From the NCBI GenBank assembly GCA_000708835.1, contig DF237205.1:1-64000 (forward strand): a stretch of DNA of 64,000 nt. The letters run 5' to 3'. The translations under genes and the position numbers were made by a program. Below, piece after piece: positions 48,789 to 62,200 of this stretch. The notes beneath the pieces are model-generated. The model worked only from the letters and a program-made list of their open reading frames with translations. It had not been told where the DNA came from and made no database searches. The DNA comes from Klebsormidium nitens. Its lineage: Eukaryota; Plantae; Klebsormidiophyceae. Position 1 is the first letter of the stretch, and each line of letters opens with the position of its first letter.

Positions 48789-51700
48789 ATGGGGAGGGTA
48801 CTGCATCCCACGGGACTGCAGCTTGCGCTTCTCCTGCCGCTGATATTCTCCATACTAGTTCTGTTCCACACAACCAGCTCTCGCACCCCGTTCTGCCTGC
48901 TGCGTAAATGCACGATTGAGACAGCAAAAGATAGCCTCCGGAGTTCGCCGCGGAAAGTAGTAACTGACGGCAACAGCATTAGGGTTTTCAGCGACGGGCG
49001 CCTTTCGGATGGGTGGTTTGCGGACCTGCAAGACCTGCGGGGGACTGCGCGGAAGCCTGCGGAACTGGGGGGCTGGACAGAGGGAAAAGGGTTTGGAACG
49101 GGGTTTGGAACAGGGTTTGGAAACGAGAGCGCGGACTCTAGTGAGCTGTCAGGATTCCAGCTGTCAGGAGGTGCCCGGCTGTGGCTCAAAAGCAATGTCG
49201 CGTTTGCGACTCCACGCACGATCAGAATTGAGGCATTGGGAACCGAGGCGGGAAGTCTGGAGCTGACACTGCTTACGCTCGACGGGGGGCACGAGCACTC
49301 TCAAAATTTCAATGTATCAAGTGTTGCTGGGGAATCTGGGAGTATGCTTCTTGTGGCGGATCTTCAAGGGGCCCAGTTTTTGCTGTGGCAGTCAGTTGAG
49401 GTGGGGAACACTGGGACAGGCACGCTCTTTCTGAGGAGTGTCCAGATTGCCTACCCCAGCTCGAGTGAGCTGCTAAAAGAGCAGGTGGGTCAAACACTTT
49501 CAATTTCTCAGATGCTGGAAGAACTTATGGGACAGAGGTCGCCACGTTGAGAAGGGTTCAAATGAATGCTGCCCTCAGCTGTGTCAGTCAATCAGCCTGG
49601 GAGGGACGAAGCTCCCTTGCGTCAAGGAAAGGGTTCGCAATTGATGATGGGAGTCCTCTGAGTGGTTCGTGAGTGTGAAAGGGCCAAAACAGATTGTTCT
49701 GAGACGGTGGATGGTCCATCCTCATGTATGAGGAGCCAATCAGACCCCAAAGGATTTATTATTTGGTAAACTGGCTTAGAGTAGGGGAAGATTGCAAGGA
49801 GGAGTGGGCACAAGTAAGGCTGACTTTTGCTGGGACAAGCAACTCATATCTATGCAAGGAAACCTGAGCTGATTTGATGCTTATGAGAATGTAAAGACTT
49901 GAGGTGGACATTTGACACCCCCTTGGAGCTGGATTATAAGCTCAGTGCCCGCCTGTCTGTCAATCAATCAGCACCAAAGTCGAGGAGGGAATGTAATCTT
50001 GCAAAGACGTGCGGATTCAAATGGCAGCAGGAGGTCAGCTCCTTTTACGAACTCGCTGAAGGCTTGTAACAACGTACCACTTCCGCGATCCTCCTGAGGA
50101 AGGTGACTCCTCAAGAACACTTTGATTAGTTTGGAATTCACTTCGGATACCATCTTTCCCCTAAACCGGACGGCAATCGATGGAATAAGCTGACTCACTG
50201 GACTCGTCTCCAATCACAGCTGGATCGAATCCAAGCCACGTCCCCTGCTCTCCTCTCACACTGGACAGCAAGCACAGGAAAGGCGCACTCACTCGACTCG
50301 TTTCCCATTCGCAGGTGGGTAGAATTAGAGCTGCGTCACCCGCTTTTCTCTCAAACCGGACGGTAAGAGTCGGAGGCCCCTCAATTCTCGTCTCCCTCTT
50401 GTCACTCGCCGAAGAGAGTCACTTTCAAAGACGACTGGTGCCGTTGATTTCGGTGCTCGCCCCAGAAGTGGATCTTCTCGTGTTCGTGGGAAACAACACC
50501 GGAGAAGCGCAGGCGGCGGCGCTCGCTGAAAAGTATGGGGGTCTTCCGTTGAGATGGAGGAATGTGAGGTGGGCGGGAGTATATTAAATGTTGTGACAAA
50601 GAATTGGAATAAGAGGAGGTGTCTGATGAAATGAATTCGTCGGAGTGTGTCGAAGAGCCAGGATTGCAGAACTGTGGTCTAAAAAGGAAGTATCTGCTGG
50701 ACTAGAGGCCTGGTTGTCTTTGACATGAGGGGTGAATTTGAGTCAAAAGGGGTCCCTTACGAACAGAAGTGCCCGAGTCGGATCCTTTTTCTAAGGTGCC
50801 GTTGTGAAACAAGCCATGATTAAACTCCTCGGCAATGGATTATCGCGAACCGCGCCGCAAGCGACAAGCTACACCATCTCTTTTGGGAAAAGGTCGCCAT
50901 CGAAAGCATCACAGCGCCGTCTTATCGCCTCTTGAACTGCAAATGCTTTGATGGGTTCAAGCCCGGCTGTTTGTGGAAATCTCCAGCCGACCTTTGCGTT
51001 CGTGTCCCAAGGTCGTCTACTTCGTTGGAGGATAGCGCCGTCAAAGATTGCAATCCTCTGCCGGAGACGGGTTATCTTACCCGCGGATGTGGTGGGCGCG
51101 ATTGGGGCCCAGCACGCAAACTTCAGGACTCGGTTTGGTGTTACCCTTCATGGTGCTAGCAGTCGGTTAGTCTCGTTTCCGGAGTGATAACCAGCCGGAA
51201 CAAATTGGGGCGCTCGTTTAGAGGGTTTCTCAGAGACGGCCTGTGTTGACGCTCTGTGTTGCTTGCAGTGACGCGTACCCTCCTCGCTTAAAGGAATTTG
51301 ACAGCTGGCAGTACGTTTACGAGAACCACGTGGACGATTACGAGTGGTGAGCAGAGCGTCTCGTGGTCACCTCCCGGCTCTTGCCGCTATTTTCTCGCCA
51401 CTGCTAGTTAGTCGGAAGTAGACAAGTAACATTAGACTCGTCAAAAATGAAATACCAGAATTCTTTTTGGGAAGCAGGTCTGAGCAGGACGGGCTGGACT
51501 CGAGCCCTAAGGCCCTGACACCGCTGACATCATTATCCCTCTCTTTGAGATTGAACCGGGTACGGCTGTCCGCAGGTACAAGACTGGTAACATTGGAGAC
51601 TCAGTTTTAAAAGTCCCACGTCCGTTGCTTACTCCGAAGTCTAGGTGTTCGCAAACTTGCCTGGTCGCGTTGTTCGTCCGAGCGAGCTGCAACAAAGAGG

Positions 51701-53827
51701 CTGCAAAGAGGGTCGCTCAAACTCCGCTTCTCGGTAGCGCCCCAAATACCGAACGTGTGCTTCCAAGGTAAAAGCTTCTGGTTCCTTCCCTCAGACAGCG
51801 TATCGGTGGAAAGCTCGGTACGGTAAGCAATCCCCTAGTTTTTCACCGTGAAAGAGCTCGTCGTCTTGCAAAAGGCCGCTTCCCTTTTTGCACTCGACCA
51901 CTACGTATGCGAACGTTAAGAGTCTAGTGGCAACTGAGGCTGCATATATTGCTTAACGAGGTCAAACGTCGGTGCGCCACTTTCTGTATCTACCTACAGC
52001 GCGCACAGTCGGAATCACTTCCGGCGCCTTTTTGAATGCACCCGTATTCGGGTTCTTTTGAGTCCTTTCCTGTTTGTTCTTCCTTCCTGTAGCGTAAGGG
52101 CTGCTACACCGTCGAAATCCTCTCAATCTAATCGTCTCATTTGAAACGACTTCCTGTTTCTAAACCTGCCACGTGGCGCTCTCAGGTTCCTCCACATGGA
52201 CGACGACACCTTCCTGAACGTGGCCAATCTGAGGGCGTTTCTCCAGAGCGTCCCCACTCTAGTTCGAAACACGTTCGAGCCCCTCTACATCGGCTCGCCG
52301 GGTTTTGGGGCGACGACCCACTTCCACGGCCGCCCGCTCGACCTTCCCGTTGGGAGGTGGGCTGTTCCGTTTCCGGTCTTTCCGTTCCCGGTCATTTCGT
52401 TTTTGCGTCTAGCAGCAATGGCTCAGCTCACCAACGTAGGCGACTGAAGCCTTTCAGGTAATTGCGACAGCCGGACGTCTCTGTCAGCCGAAAACTGCGC
52501 TTGTTCTCAAGACGAAATAGAGACGACTCTGCTCAACAGTCGCTCGCTCGATTCAAGTATTGGAAGGTGGGCCGTTCCGTTTCCACTCATTCCGTTCCAG
52601 CAATGCTCGACCGCCGGACTTTGCAACAGAGAAACGGATCGAAGGTTTTGCGCCCTGATCCGCCGGGTCGGTTCAAAAACTCAAGACAAAGACGCAAAAC
52701 CAGAACAGGGAAAATAATGCTCTGGTATCGCTTGGAAAACTTAAAGCAAGCACAGCTTGCTTCTACTCAGAAACGCATAATTTAGTAGGTACTTCGTTTC
52801 GTCGACTGACTGGTACCGCGACACATTCGTAAAGCGAAACAAGGAGATGGGTCCGGAAACAATGCACGTCTATTCAGACACGCAGCTCCGGCAGCCTTTT
52901 CTTCCGGTTTCACACTTTAAGGCCAACGGAGCGATCACCGAGTACGTCCCAGTAGTTAGTTTCTTTTTATCTGAACAAATGCACCACGAAGAACTTGGAC
53001 TCCTGGCAGACCTCCAGAACAGTTCTTCCGCTAACCTGGCCTTTGCGCATGGTTTATGCTGTCCATGAAGGCCGCCTTTCACAGGGTTTTTTGGCGGTTA
53101 CTTATAGTCGGTTTCGGGCTGGTTCGAAGCTGGTTCATTGTCCAATGACCAGACTCGAGCAGTAACCAGGTTTTCAACATGGCTATGACGCGGTTATCGG
53201 TCAAAGAACCAGACTGAAGTTCGTGTTATCGAACCTGGTTAGCAGCCAAACCATCCTGTGTTTGTATGTGACGGGGGTTTGTAGCCAAGGGGGATACCCA
53301 AACATCGGCTGCGAGTCCGCGTTCTCCCTAGGTCACTTCCTGATGTTTATCACAGCCTTCTCCAGCTTGTTTTAGAAGCCGTGCCGTCGGCCAGCAGGTA
53401 TGCGCCGTCGATTCTGCTCACTCTTCCTTGCAGCGACGGTCGGATTTTGCCGTTCTGTATGGGCGGCCCGGGGTACCTTCTAAACCGTCCGGCGCTGACG
53501 CGGCTAGGTCCGCACTTCGACACGTGTCTCCGGGAGTGGTCAAGCGAGCTTTCGGACACCGAATTCGGACGCTGCGTATATAAGCACGTGGGCATATCCT
53601 GCGCGCTTGGAAATAGCACGACGCAGCAATTACGAGGGGGGTTCAGGCACCTGTACGACAAACCGTTTGCGCGCGCGACGAATCTGCAGCACTTTGCGCT
53701 GTTGTCGAAAGCCGTTACGTTGCACTCGATAAAGTTGGAAGACGACGCGACGATGGCGAATCACATGGAGGTCGTAAAGCGACTTGCAGAAAACGTCCAA
53801 ATCAGGGGCCCCGCTAACTTGAAGTAA
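48789..53827 (+). CDS. Type II membrane GT31 glycosyltransferase (chondroitin synthase/Fringe-like, ~530 aa), paralog of the N-terminal half of the 38398-45935 gene
   Basis: Exons 48789-49484, 50315-50568, 51269-51346, 52186-52356 and 53434-53827 total 1593 nt in frame. Features: N-terminal TM (LALLLPLIFSILVLF), DAYPPRLK, YEWFLHMDDD, PLYIG, FCMGGPGYLL, DTEFGRC, VTLHSIK. Confidence 0.85.
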
Positions 53828-56221
53828 CTTCGCTTGAGATACTTGCGATCAGGAAGTCGACAGTCCTAGGGAGATTCAATATAAAGTATGCGCGCATAAA
53901 GAAACGCAGCACCAGTTCTAACATGACGTGCATGCCATGAGGCGGCTTAAATCACCAAGTAGCTCAAAACGCGTTACCAACAAAGCGCCATTTTGTCATA
54001 TTGAACCTCCAGCCCTGGCCGTAATTGAGGTGAATAGCTAACGTCGATGCGAAGCCAGCTTCGCATCGCATAGTACTCAATCCGCGCTTGCCGTGCAGTG
54101 GATTGAGACCATGAAAGGTAGAACCGGCCGGCCGATCGAGCTCGACAAGAACAGTCCAAGAGTCGATATGGTCACTTCGGTCTGTACAAGCGTTACCGTG
54201 ACTACAAGGCGCCACAGCTAGGCCTAGGGCGTGCAGAGCATACAAAGCACTTGAGGTCGAAACTCCTTGAGGCTGGATATATCGCGACGCTTTAGAGATA
54301 GTAAACTTTAAGGATAGTAAGCTCAAACCAAACACTGAAATTTGAACCTATAAGTAAAACTATTTGCTCCGCACCCGTACCCACCCCAAACCCCCAAACT
54401 AACCCTACCCGTCCCAGGCTGGTGGGCTTACTATTCCTAACTTGCTTCCTATGCCTAAAGTGTCATTGGTCGAGCTGGCTAGCGTACCGTACAACTGCGG
54501 CTACTGCAGTGCCATGATGATGGGCCGGCAATTATTAACAGGGCTCTCCGACTACAAACAGGCTTGACACAGTGCGATGTGCAGCGCCCGGGCCAGCTGC
54601 GCATGTGGAAAGAAGGCGCATGATCGACGTGGTACGTGCGTTTGACTGTATTGATGGTGAGGATGGATTCATGTACACCCTATAAATACGGCCGGCCGGA
54701 TCACTACTAAAATCGAATGCATGAATGATTCACCGTGGCACGCAAGTGACTATGACTGCCATTCCTGCACCTGGAAGTACTCAACATGTGCTAATGGCCG
54801 CATATAAGCATCACATGCTACCTTGGGCGGCATAGTACGTACTGAGATATACATGGCAAACAATATCAGTGCCATGATGGGGCAGGAATGTGAGCAAGCC
54901 TACTAGGGGGGCGTTCAATGCAGGGTGCGAGAAGGGGGAAACTTGGATGCTGGCCGGCAGAAGACGGGGCTTCCAAGCTTGACATCATCACATGACTGGC
55001 TGGCAGCGCAGTGGACCATTGAGCATCATTCATACGGATGCCATTGCTAGCTGTGCATATACATACTTTTGTGTGGATCCGGCTCAAAATATCGTTGCAC
55101 TTTGGACAATGAAACATGTCGTTTCTATAGCATGAAAGTACAAAAGAGAGTGAAGTACGTACAGTAAACAAGAACGTCTGGATGGTTGATCCAATCAATT
55201 CGCCGCATGGTGCCGTGCGCCAGATTACTTTGCCAGGACTAAGTTTTAGTACTGTATGATTGTTAACGTGTTTGCTGTCATCAGTGCCATGCGACCTTAA
55301 CTTACCGCGTCCGGCAATATTGAACGCGATCACAATATCAGTCAAGCTACAAGGGACGTACACGCAGGGCGGCAGGACCGTCCGGACAGAGGATCACGGC
55401 CGCCCGATTATGCCGCCGCTGGGTGCGACGTTGGGCCCCAAAGGCTACTAGTAGTCCACGTCTGACTATAGCCCGGTGTGTCGATTGATCGCACTCAGCG
55501 CGGCATACATGGAGGTTAGTGCGTTCTGACAGATCATGGCATGCAAGTTAATGTCAATTGCAACTTGATATACATACCTAGCGAGTCGGACTCATGCAGT
55601 AGATCATACCGATTAAAGCAACCAACGTGACCGCGAGCCTCAGTGCTGATCACTAAACGCATGTCACTTAGAATTGCAACTACAACAATTTCATTGTGAT
55701 CAGGCTCTCTGCTGCATTAGTATGTATGGTCACAACCGGATCAAACCGTTGAACCGTCTTATAAGATTGAGGAAGATTTCATGCGAACTTAATGTCGTGA
55801 ACTACAATTGCCATTTCACCCCCTAGACGGTGTCCGCGATTCAAAGCTCCAAACCTGTTGCTAGAAAGCATTTTCCTAAGCGTGCCGGTGCAAAGCGTGC
55901 TAAAACTCTTCTCTCTTGACAACGACTTCTGAAAACCTATCCCTGCCCTCACTGCCGGCGAGCGCCCAAGCCGTAACTTATCGTTCAAACGTTTCTCCAA
56001 ACTTTGACCAAAATTGCAACTTTTGACTCACTTTTCTCCTGTCCCCCATCGCACGACACCTTTCGGTGGATTAAATACAAGCACCTAGGACTGAAGCGTC
56101 ACGCTCCCAAGCTCTTCTATTGCACCGAGCTGTGCGTATAGCTTAGGGCCAGACTCCGCTTTGCTCTGTATGTGCGTCGCAACTTCGCAATACGTAGTAT
56201 CCTGCGCCCGCGGTCTGATGA

Positions 56222-59200
56222 CTACCTCGGCAAGCGCTCAACCCTGCCAACGCCTATCACCTTCTTTATAGTCGACACGAGAAGTTTCGTATTAATAGGC
56301 TTTGTGAGGTAGCTGTCCATCCCTGCAGCTAAGCATTTCTGCTCGTCCTCGACCATTGCATGCGCAGTGAGGGCCAGGATGGGAAGATGGCGCCCCGTCC
56401 CCGTCTCCAGCCGTCGGATCGCCTTCGTAGCATCGTATCCGTCCATTTGCGGCATCTGCAAAGCGAATCCAGCTACTTATGGGAGCGACTCGAGAAACAA
56501 AAGGGAGCCACGATGAACCAAAAAAGCCATGGGTAACTTCAGCACGAACTGTGAAAAACCCTTGCCGACCAGTCAGATGCAGTTGAAAGGGATCTTTCTG
56601 CCCTTAGTACCAGACACCCCGTTGCAAGAAGAGCACAAACGACCAGGTCTTGAGTTTGGGAGTCAGCTCAGGCAGGAAAAATGCGAGCAAACGGAGCTCA
56701 TAGCAAGGACGAATTCCATACGGAGGTAGCATTCCGGCTCATGGACTAAGACCTCAAAGGGGGGACTTTGCCAAATGGCACGTGGCACTGCATAAGCAGC
56801 ACCACTACCCAACAGAACAGGAGAGAACAAAGGCAGTACCGATCAGAACCGTCGCTTACCTGGCAGTCCATAAGTAAGCAATCAAACGCCCGGGCCTTTC
56901 CCCCCGTCTCCTCAATCTCGGTCCCCGACGCCTCAGGGAGACTCCGTTCGCTTTCCCCCGACCAGTCGCTCCCGACCCCAACAATTCTCGGGGGGATTTC
57001 CGACCCCGGATTCTCGTCTTGCCTCCCCAAAGCGACAAGGCCCAACGTTTTCAACCGTTCGCTTCCACGTGGCATGCTTCTCGCGACGGCCTCGACGGCG
57101 AGCCTGCCGTTGTCGACCGCAACCACCTCCGCGCCTAGTTTCGTCAGCAGCGTCACCTGCAGTGACGACAACTCACGTCACTCTTCATAAACGTCCTCTC
57201 CGAAAGCTGTCCCAACCGCTGAAGACCGGAGAGGTCACAAGATCCTGGGAGAAGGGTCATGAGAAGAAAGGTTCCCGTCTCATTCCAGGCTTATAAAGCC
57301 GGGGTACAATTGGTCGTAAAGAAGACCTGAGTCCCGGAGAATGCTCGATGACAACACCAATTGCTGCACAGCATTTGCACAGAGTTGCTTTTCCCCTCGA
57401 CGGCCAATCCCACTGTAGCAGCTTCCATACTTTCTCAGATCCTAGAGAAGTTCGCCCTTGAAAGGTCTTGGATCAGTCAGATCCTGAGGCCTGACTTCGG
57501 CTATCAATGCAAGCGGAATGAAAGAAGGTGCGCATAAGGAGCAAGGGAGATTGGAAACCGGACTTGCAAGCCTTTGCAAGACTGACAACCTGCTGAAATT
57601 CTCACAACGTAAGGCTTGACAGAAACAGGTGGCGTGAATGAAACGACCACCTCCTTACCTGGCAAAACAAGGATGCTTGAGTGAGACCTCACTTCTAACC
57701 GCTATAGGACGGGCGTGTCTTACAGCAACTAAGGCTGCTTGAGTGAGACCTCACTTCTAACCGCTATAGGACGGGCGTGTCTTACAGCATTTAAGATGTC
57801 AAAAACGGATGCGAATCGATGAATCCGAGAATCACCTCTTTGCAGACCAGAAAAGGGGCGTTTTAAGTGAAATCCTCACCGCTAACCGCTGTAGGACGGG
57901 CGTGTCTTCAGCAACTAGAATGTGGAGACCCTGGAGCGCCTTCGCCGAGAGCGGCAGGATCGGCGGGCTCTTGCGGGCCGTCGCTTTTGGCGTCGCCTGC
58001 TCGGGGCTGGACTTGGCGCCCGGGTCGGGGTTCTGCGCGCTGGCAGAACGCCTGCAAGAGTGGGCAGAATGTCAGAAAGGCCAATGCTATAGTGAGAACG
58101 TCGTGGTACCAGGGGTGTCGATTGAGGGTTTCGTGTCATGAACTTCTACGGATTGAAGCTTTCGGCGTTGGCTGCGCGGGGCTGGACTTGGCGCCCGGAT
58201 CCGAATTCTGGGCGCTGGCAGAAAGCCTGCAGAAGTTTTGGCGTGGATGATTAAGGTTCGGAACAGGCTATCATTTGTCAAGAAAAAGACATCGTTTTCA
58301 GCTTAGCGGGGGTGGTGAGAAGTATGATGATCCTGCGGGTTTCAATTCAATGTGAACACTGCTGCTAAAAGAGCGCCCAGGGTCGGGGTTCTGCGCGCAG
58401 GCAGAACGCCTGCGAGAGAGGGCAGGATGTGGGATAAGGCAATTCTATTTCGCAGAATCAAGAGCGCGTGGTATTAGGAGCTTCTAAGATCGGGACTACG
58501 TATGAGAGCACCTGGGCGCTGATCGAACGCCAGCAAGGTTTTTGAGGTTGCAAATCATTCGCAGGCTGTCCTCATACGCTGAAGTACGTCTTTTTCCAAC
58601 ATAGCCGAGGGCGGTGAGCAGTGGTTACATACAAAGACCAACTATTGCACTCAAAGGGACCCTCACCCTGGCAGAAATGAATCACGCCTTCCTCTCGTCC
58701 AGTACGGAGATCACAAACTGCCTATAAAGGTTCTGTGAATTGAAAAGAAGCGGACTCTTGTAACAAAGACAAAGTTTCTCCGCACATTTGCAATCAGAAC
58801 AGACCGTACAGGCTACTTACCTATGCACTGGGTTCGCCTTCTGCTCAACCGCACCCCCTAGCGGCCCGCTCGAAGTCCGCATCTCTAACAACTTCGGCGC
58901 ACCCCCCGTCTCCCCGAGCTGCGGAGACCCCCCCGAACCGTCGAAACTCTTGGCGCTCTCGCCCCCGGGGCTCTCCTTTGCAGGAGCCAGCGACGACGAA
59001 GAGCCGCTCTGCCGTAAGGCAGTCACCAGGGACGGGGACGAGAACGCTGACGTCACGATGGGCGTCACCGGGCTGATCTCGGGCGAGGGGGAACTAGAGC
59101 GGGCGAACTTCGGGTCCTCCAGCTCGCTGATCGACTCCCGGACGGTCGGGCCCGGGAGCCTGTCGGTAGGGGATAGCTTATCGGACATAGCCCCCCGGGT

Positions 59201-62200
59201 GAGGCCCCGGAAGCCGCGGGGGTACTCGTCAGCACTGCTCTGGCTGCTGACGCCGGAGGATTGCGAGCGCAGGAGAGTGTCGTACGAGGACGAAGACGCG
59301 AAGCTGGACGACTTATTGAGGCTCCCGAGCACCGAGAACTGGTTCAGAGGCCCGCTTCCCACCGCAGAGGACGGGTTTGAGTCGTCCGACGGGGCAGCCG
59401 GGAATGCCTCGGTCGCACTGAGGGGCGACGGTTCACCCTCCAGGTAAAACGCAAAGTTCGAGTCCGGGCTCGTTTCGCTCTCTTTCCTGTGCGGCGTGAA
59501 CGGCGGCGAAAACTCGGGGATGTCGATGCTGAGGCTTATGGTCCTCTCGGGGGGAGCGAACCCCCCCGGTTCCAGCCCCCCGGAAGGAGACTCTGCTACC
59601 GAGGAGCTCGCGTCCTTGGCCCCGGAGCTGGTCATGGTTCCCGAGGGAGAGGTGCTCCAACTCTGCGGCTCGGACTCGGGGTTTGAGGGTTTGGCGGGGA
59701 TGGGCGCGCGCGCGCCGCGGTTGTCAAAAAAGCTCCACGAAAGGGCCCCGTCAATCTGGTGCTTCGCCAGGTCCGCCTGCACCTCCAGGGGGAGGGTTCG
59801 CCCCTGGATTGACCCCCCCATGCGGAAGAAGTCCGTCGAGGGAGTGCGCCCGTCGCCCACAGGTGGGGAGCGCACGTCCAGGGGGGGGAACGCCGCCGGG
59901 TATTCGCCTGGTGACGTTACATTCAGAGTTGGCGGCTCGGCGAGGGCGTCGTTAAGCATCTTCACCAGCTTCTGAAGGCGGGTGGGGTAGAGCGGTTTGC
60001 CGACTTTGATCGGGAACCCTGTTCTGGACAGAAAGTGCCGCATCGCGCTTGGGGTGGTCGTCTCGATGAGCCAGCCCACCGCGATCTTAACCGGCTCGCT
60101 TTTCCGCCGCTCCTCGTTCGCCTCCGCCTGATTTGCCGCCCAGTCGACCCTCGCCCTTTGATTGAAATACAAGAGTTCCTTCAGGCCAGTCAGCTTAGCG
60201 CTGGGGGACTGCCCCGGAGGACTGTTCTCTGCGTTCTTCAGCAGGTCGATGTCTAGAATCACGAGCAGCTCGTCCGGACGCTCTGGGCCCTCTAAAGGAT
60301 TCGACATCCCCTGCTGCAGAGCCCCTGCGGAGGGGACTTCTAACGGTTCTGAAAAGACCGTCCGCTTGAGGAACGCAAACGCGGCGCTCCAGTCCTCGCA
60401 CTCCACGGTAGCATACCCGTTCTTTTCCAACCACGCTTTCGCCAATCCCCGCCCCAAAGCGCCCGGAATCCCCAACACGACTGAGCGCCGCACGATGGAA
60501 ACGGCCTCCGCAACCGCAGCGCCGCCGGAAATGCCCTCTAGCCCCGAGACAATGGGCGCCAGCTGTCGCTCGTCTGTTCTGACATCTGGCACCTTCAACG
60601 CGCCGCCAGCTGTTGGCCGCAAAGGCTCAATCGCGGATAGCGTCCGAACCAGCGGATGGGGGGGCATGACCCCCCCGCTTTTCTGCGCCCCCCCTGCGCT
60701 CCTCGACAGAAGCCCTAGCTGCGCGTCAAAGCTCCTCAGCCTAGACCGCCCGCGCTCACTATCCCCAGGACTCGACGGGTTAAATGCTAACCCCGCTTCT
60801 ACAGCCCGCGGGCTGGTCGGGTCGGAGCCAAACCCCCTCTCTAACCAGGCCTCGTCCCCCGGGCTCTGAAGCCGTTGCTTGCGCTTCCCCCGTCCACCGA
60901 AAAAGCCGTCCCCGCCCTTCCCGTCGTCGCACGCCGTTTCTCCGGCGCTGCCAGCTGTCGGCAAGTCAATCGTCAGCAGCGCGTGCTCGGGGCTCAGGCG
61001 GAAGCTGGTGCATGAGCTGTTGGACTTGCGGGGGGCCTCGAAAACTAGATCGAAGCGGATCAGAGTGCCGGGGCCGTTCTTATCTAAGATGGCGATCTTT
61101 CCCCCCATCATTTGCACGAGCGAGCGCGTGATACCGAGCCCCAAACCCGAGCCGCCGTACAGCCGGGTGGAACTGGGGTCGGCTTGGACGAAGGACTCAA
61201 AGACGGACTCGCGCTTGTCGAAAGGAATCCCTGCAAGTCAACATCGGTTTGACGGCTTCAATGACGGGTTTGAGCGGCTTTTGCACGGTTTCGGAGGCGA
61301 ATCTGAGGCGGACTCGGGAAGGTTCTAGATGTATGTTATAGCCCGGTCCGGCAGAGATGCGAGCACAGCAGTGACAGGCTCAGTCCAATAACCCTAAAGT
61401 CCTACCGCAACTGGGAACATTGCCTGCGTCCGTCTCCGACGTCGACTTTGAACGCTCCAGGGCAAAAGGTGCTTGACTCGGCACTCCCAGTCAATCCAGT
61501 GTAGATAAGCTCTCGCCCAGCATCGACTGAAAGCGTGTACCCTCCCTACCCTACTCGGATAAATAAAGAAAACAGCAGGATAAAGTGGTCGAATCTGAAG
61601 CGTTTCAAGCGGTTCGTTGAAACAGCTTCAGTCTGAGATTGACCCCTTGACGTTTCCAATGATAGAGTACAAACGACCCTTACCAGTGCCCGTGTCTTCC
61701 ACTTCAAAGAAGAGGCGCACACGACGGGGCTCGCCAGCAGAGTCCCTCCGGAACGAACCGCTGTGTTGAGGAGTGGTAGTTGCGCTCCCTTTGGATTGCA
61801 CCGGCTCCTCGACAGGGGCGTCAACCGGCTCCTCCCAACACCGGACGACCAGATGCCCGGTCTGCATTTATCCAAAAGTTGGTCAGAATGATGATTCAGA
61901 AGCGACTCTTGCGCCAGTGTGGCCCGAGTGGCAGTCCGCAAATACTTCTACTGCGCCGCTCGCGGATTTCATAGTTCTTCGGCCGTGTTTAGTCTGCACA
62001 TTTTGCATACTGGTGCTTGATGCACGCTGCCCTCAGGGGAGTCACCCGCCTAAAACAATCCGATAACGGAACTAAAGAGGCGTACTAATAGTGGAACTGG
62101 TCTTCCAGAGACAAGACAAGTCGACCAAGCACTCTGTCTACACGCAAATGCAAAAGGTGGCACGACAGACCAGAATGAGGGACGTCAAGCTTTTGCAAGT

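Noticed and set aside
54480-55750. CATG/TGCA-rich intergenic tract with TATAAATA at 54681 and a CPKC-containing ORF (54866-55363, -)
   Set aside because: It suggests a methylation-decayed repeat, but the dinucleotide bias was not quantified and no family motif or downstream gene is supported.
58788-61328. Long plus-strand ORFs (219, 159, 235, 149 aa)
   Set aside because: They are antisense shadows of the GC-rich histidine kinase exon and have no independent motifs.
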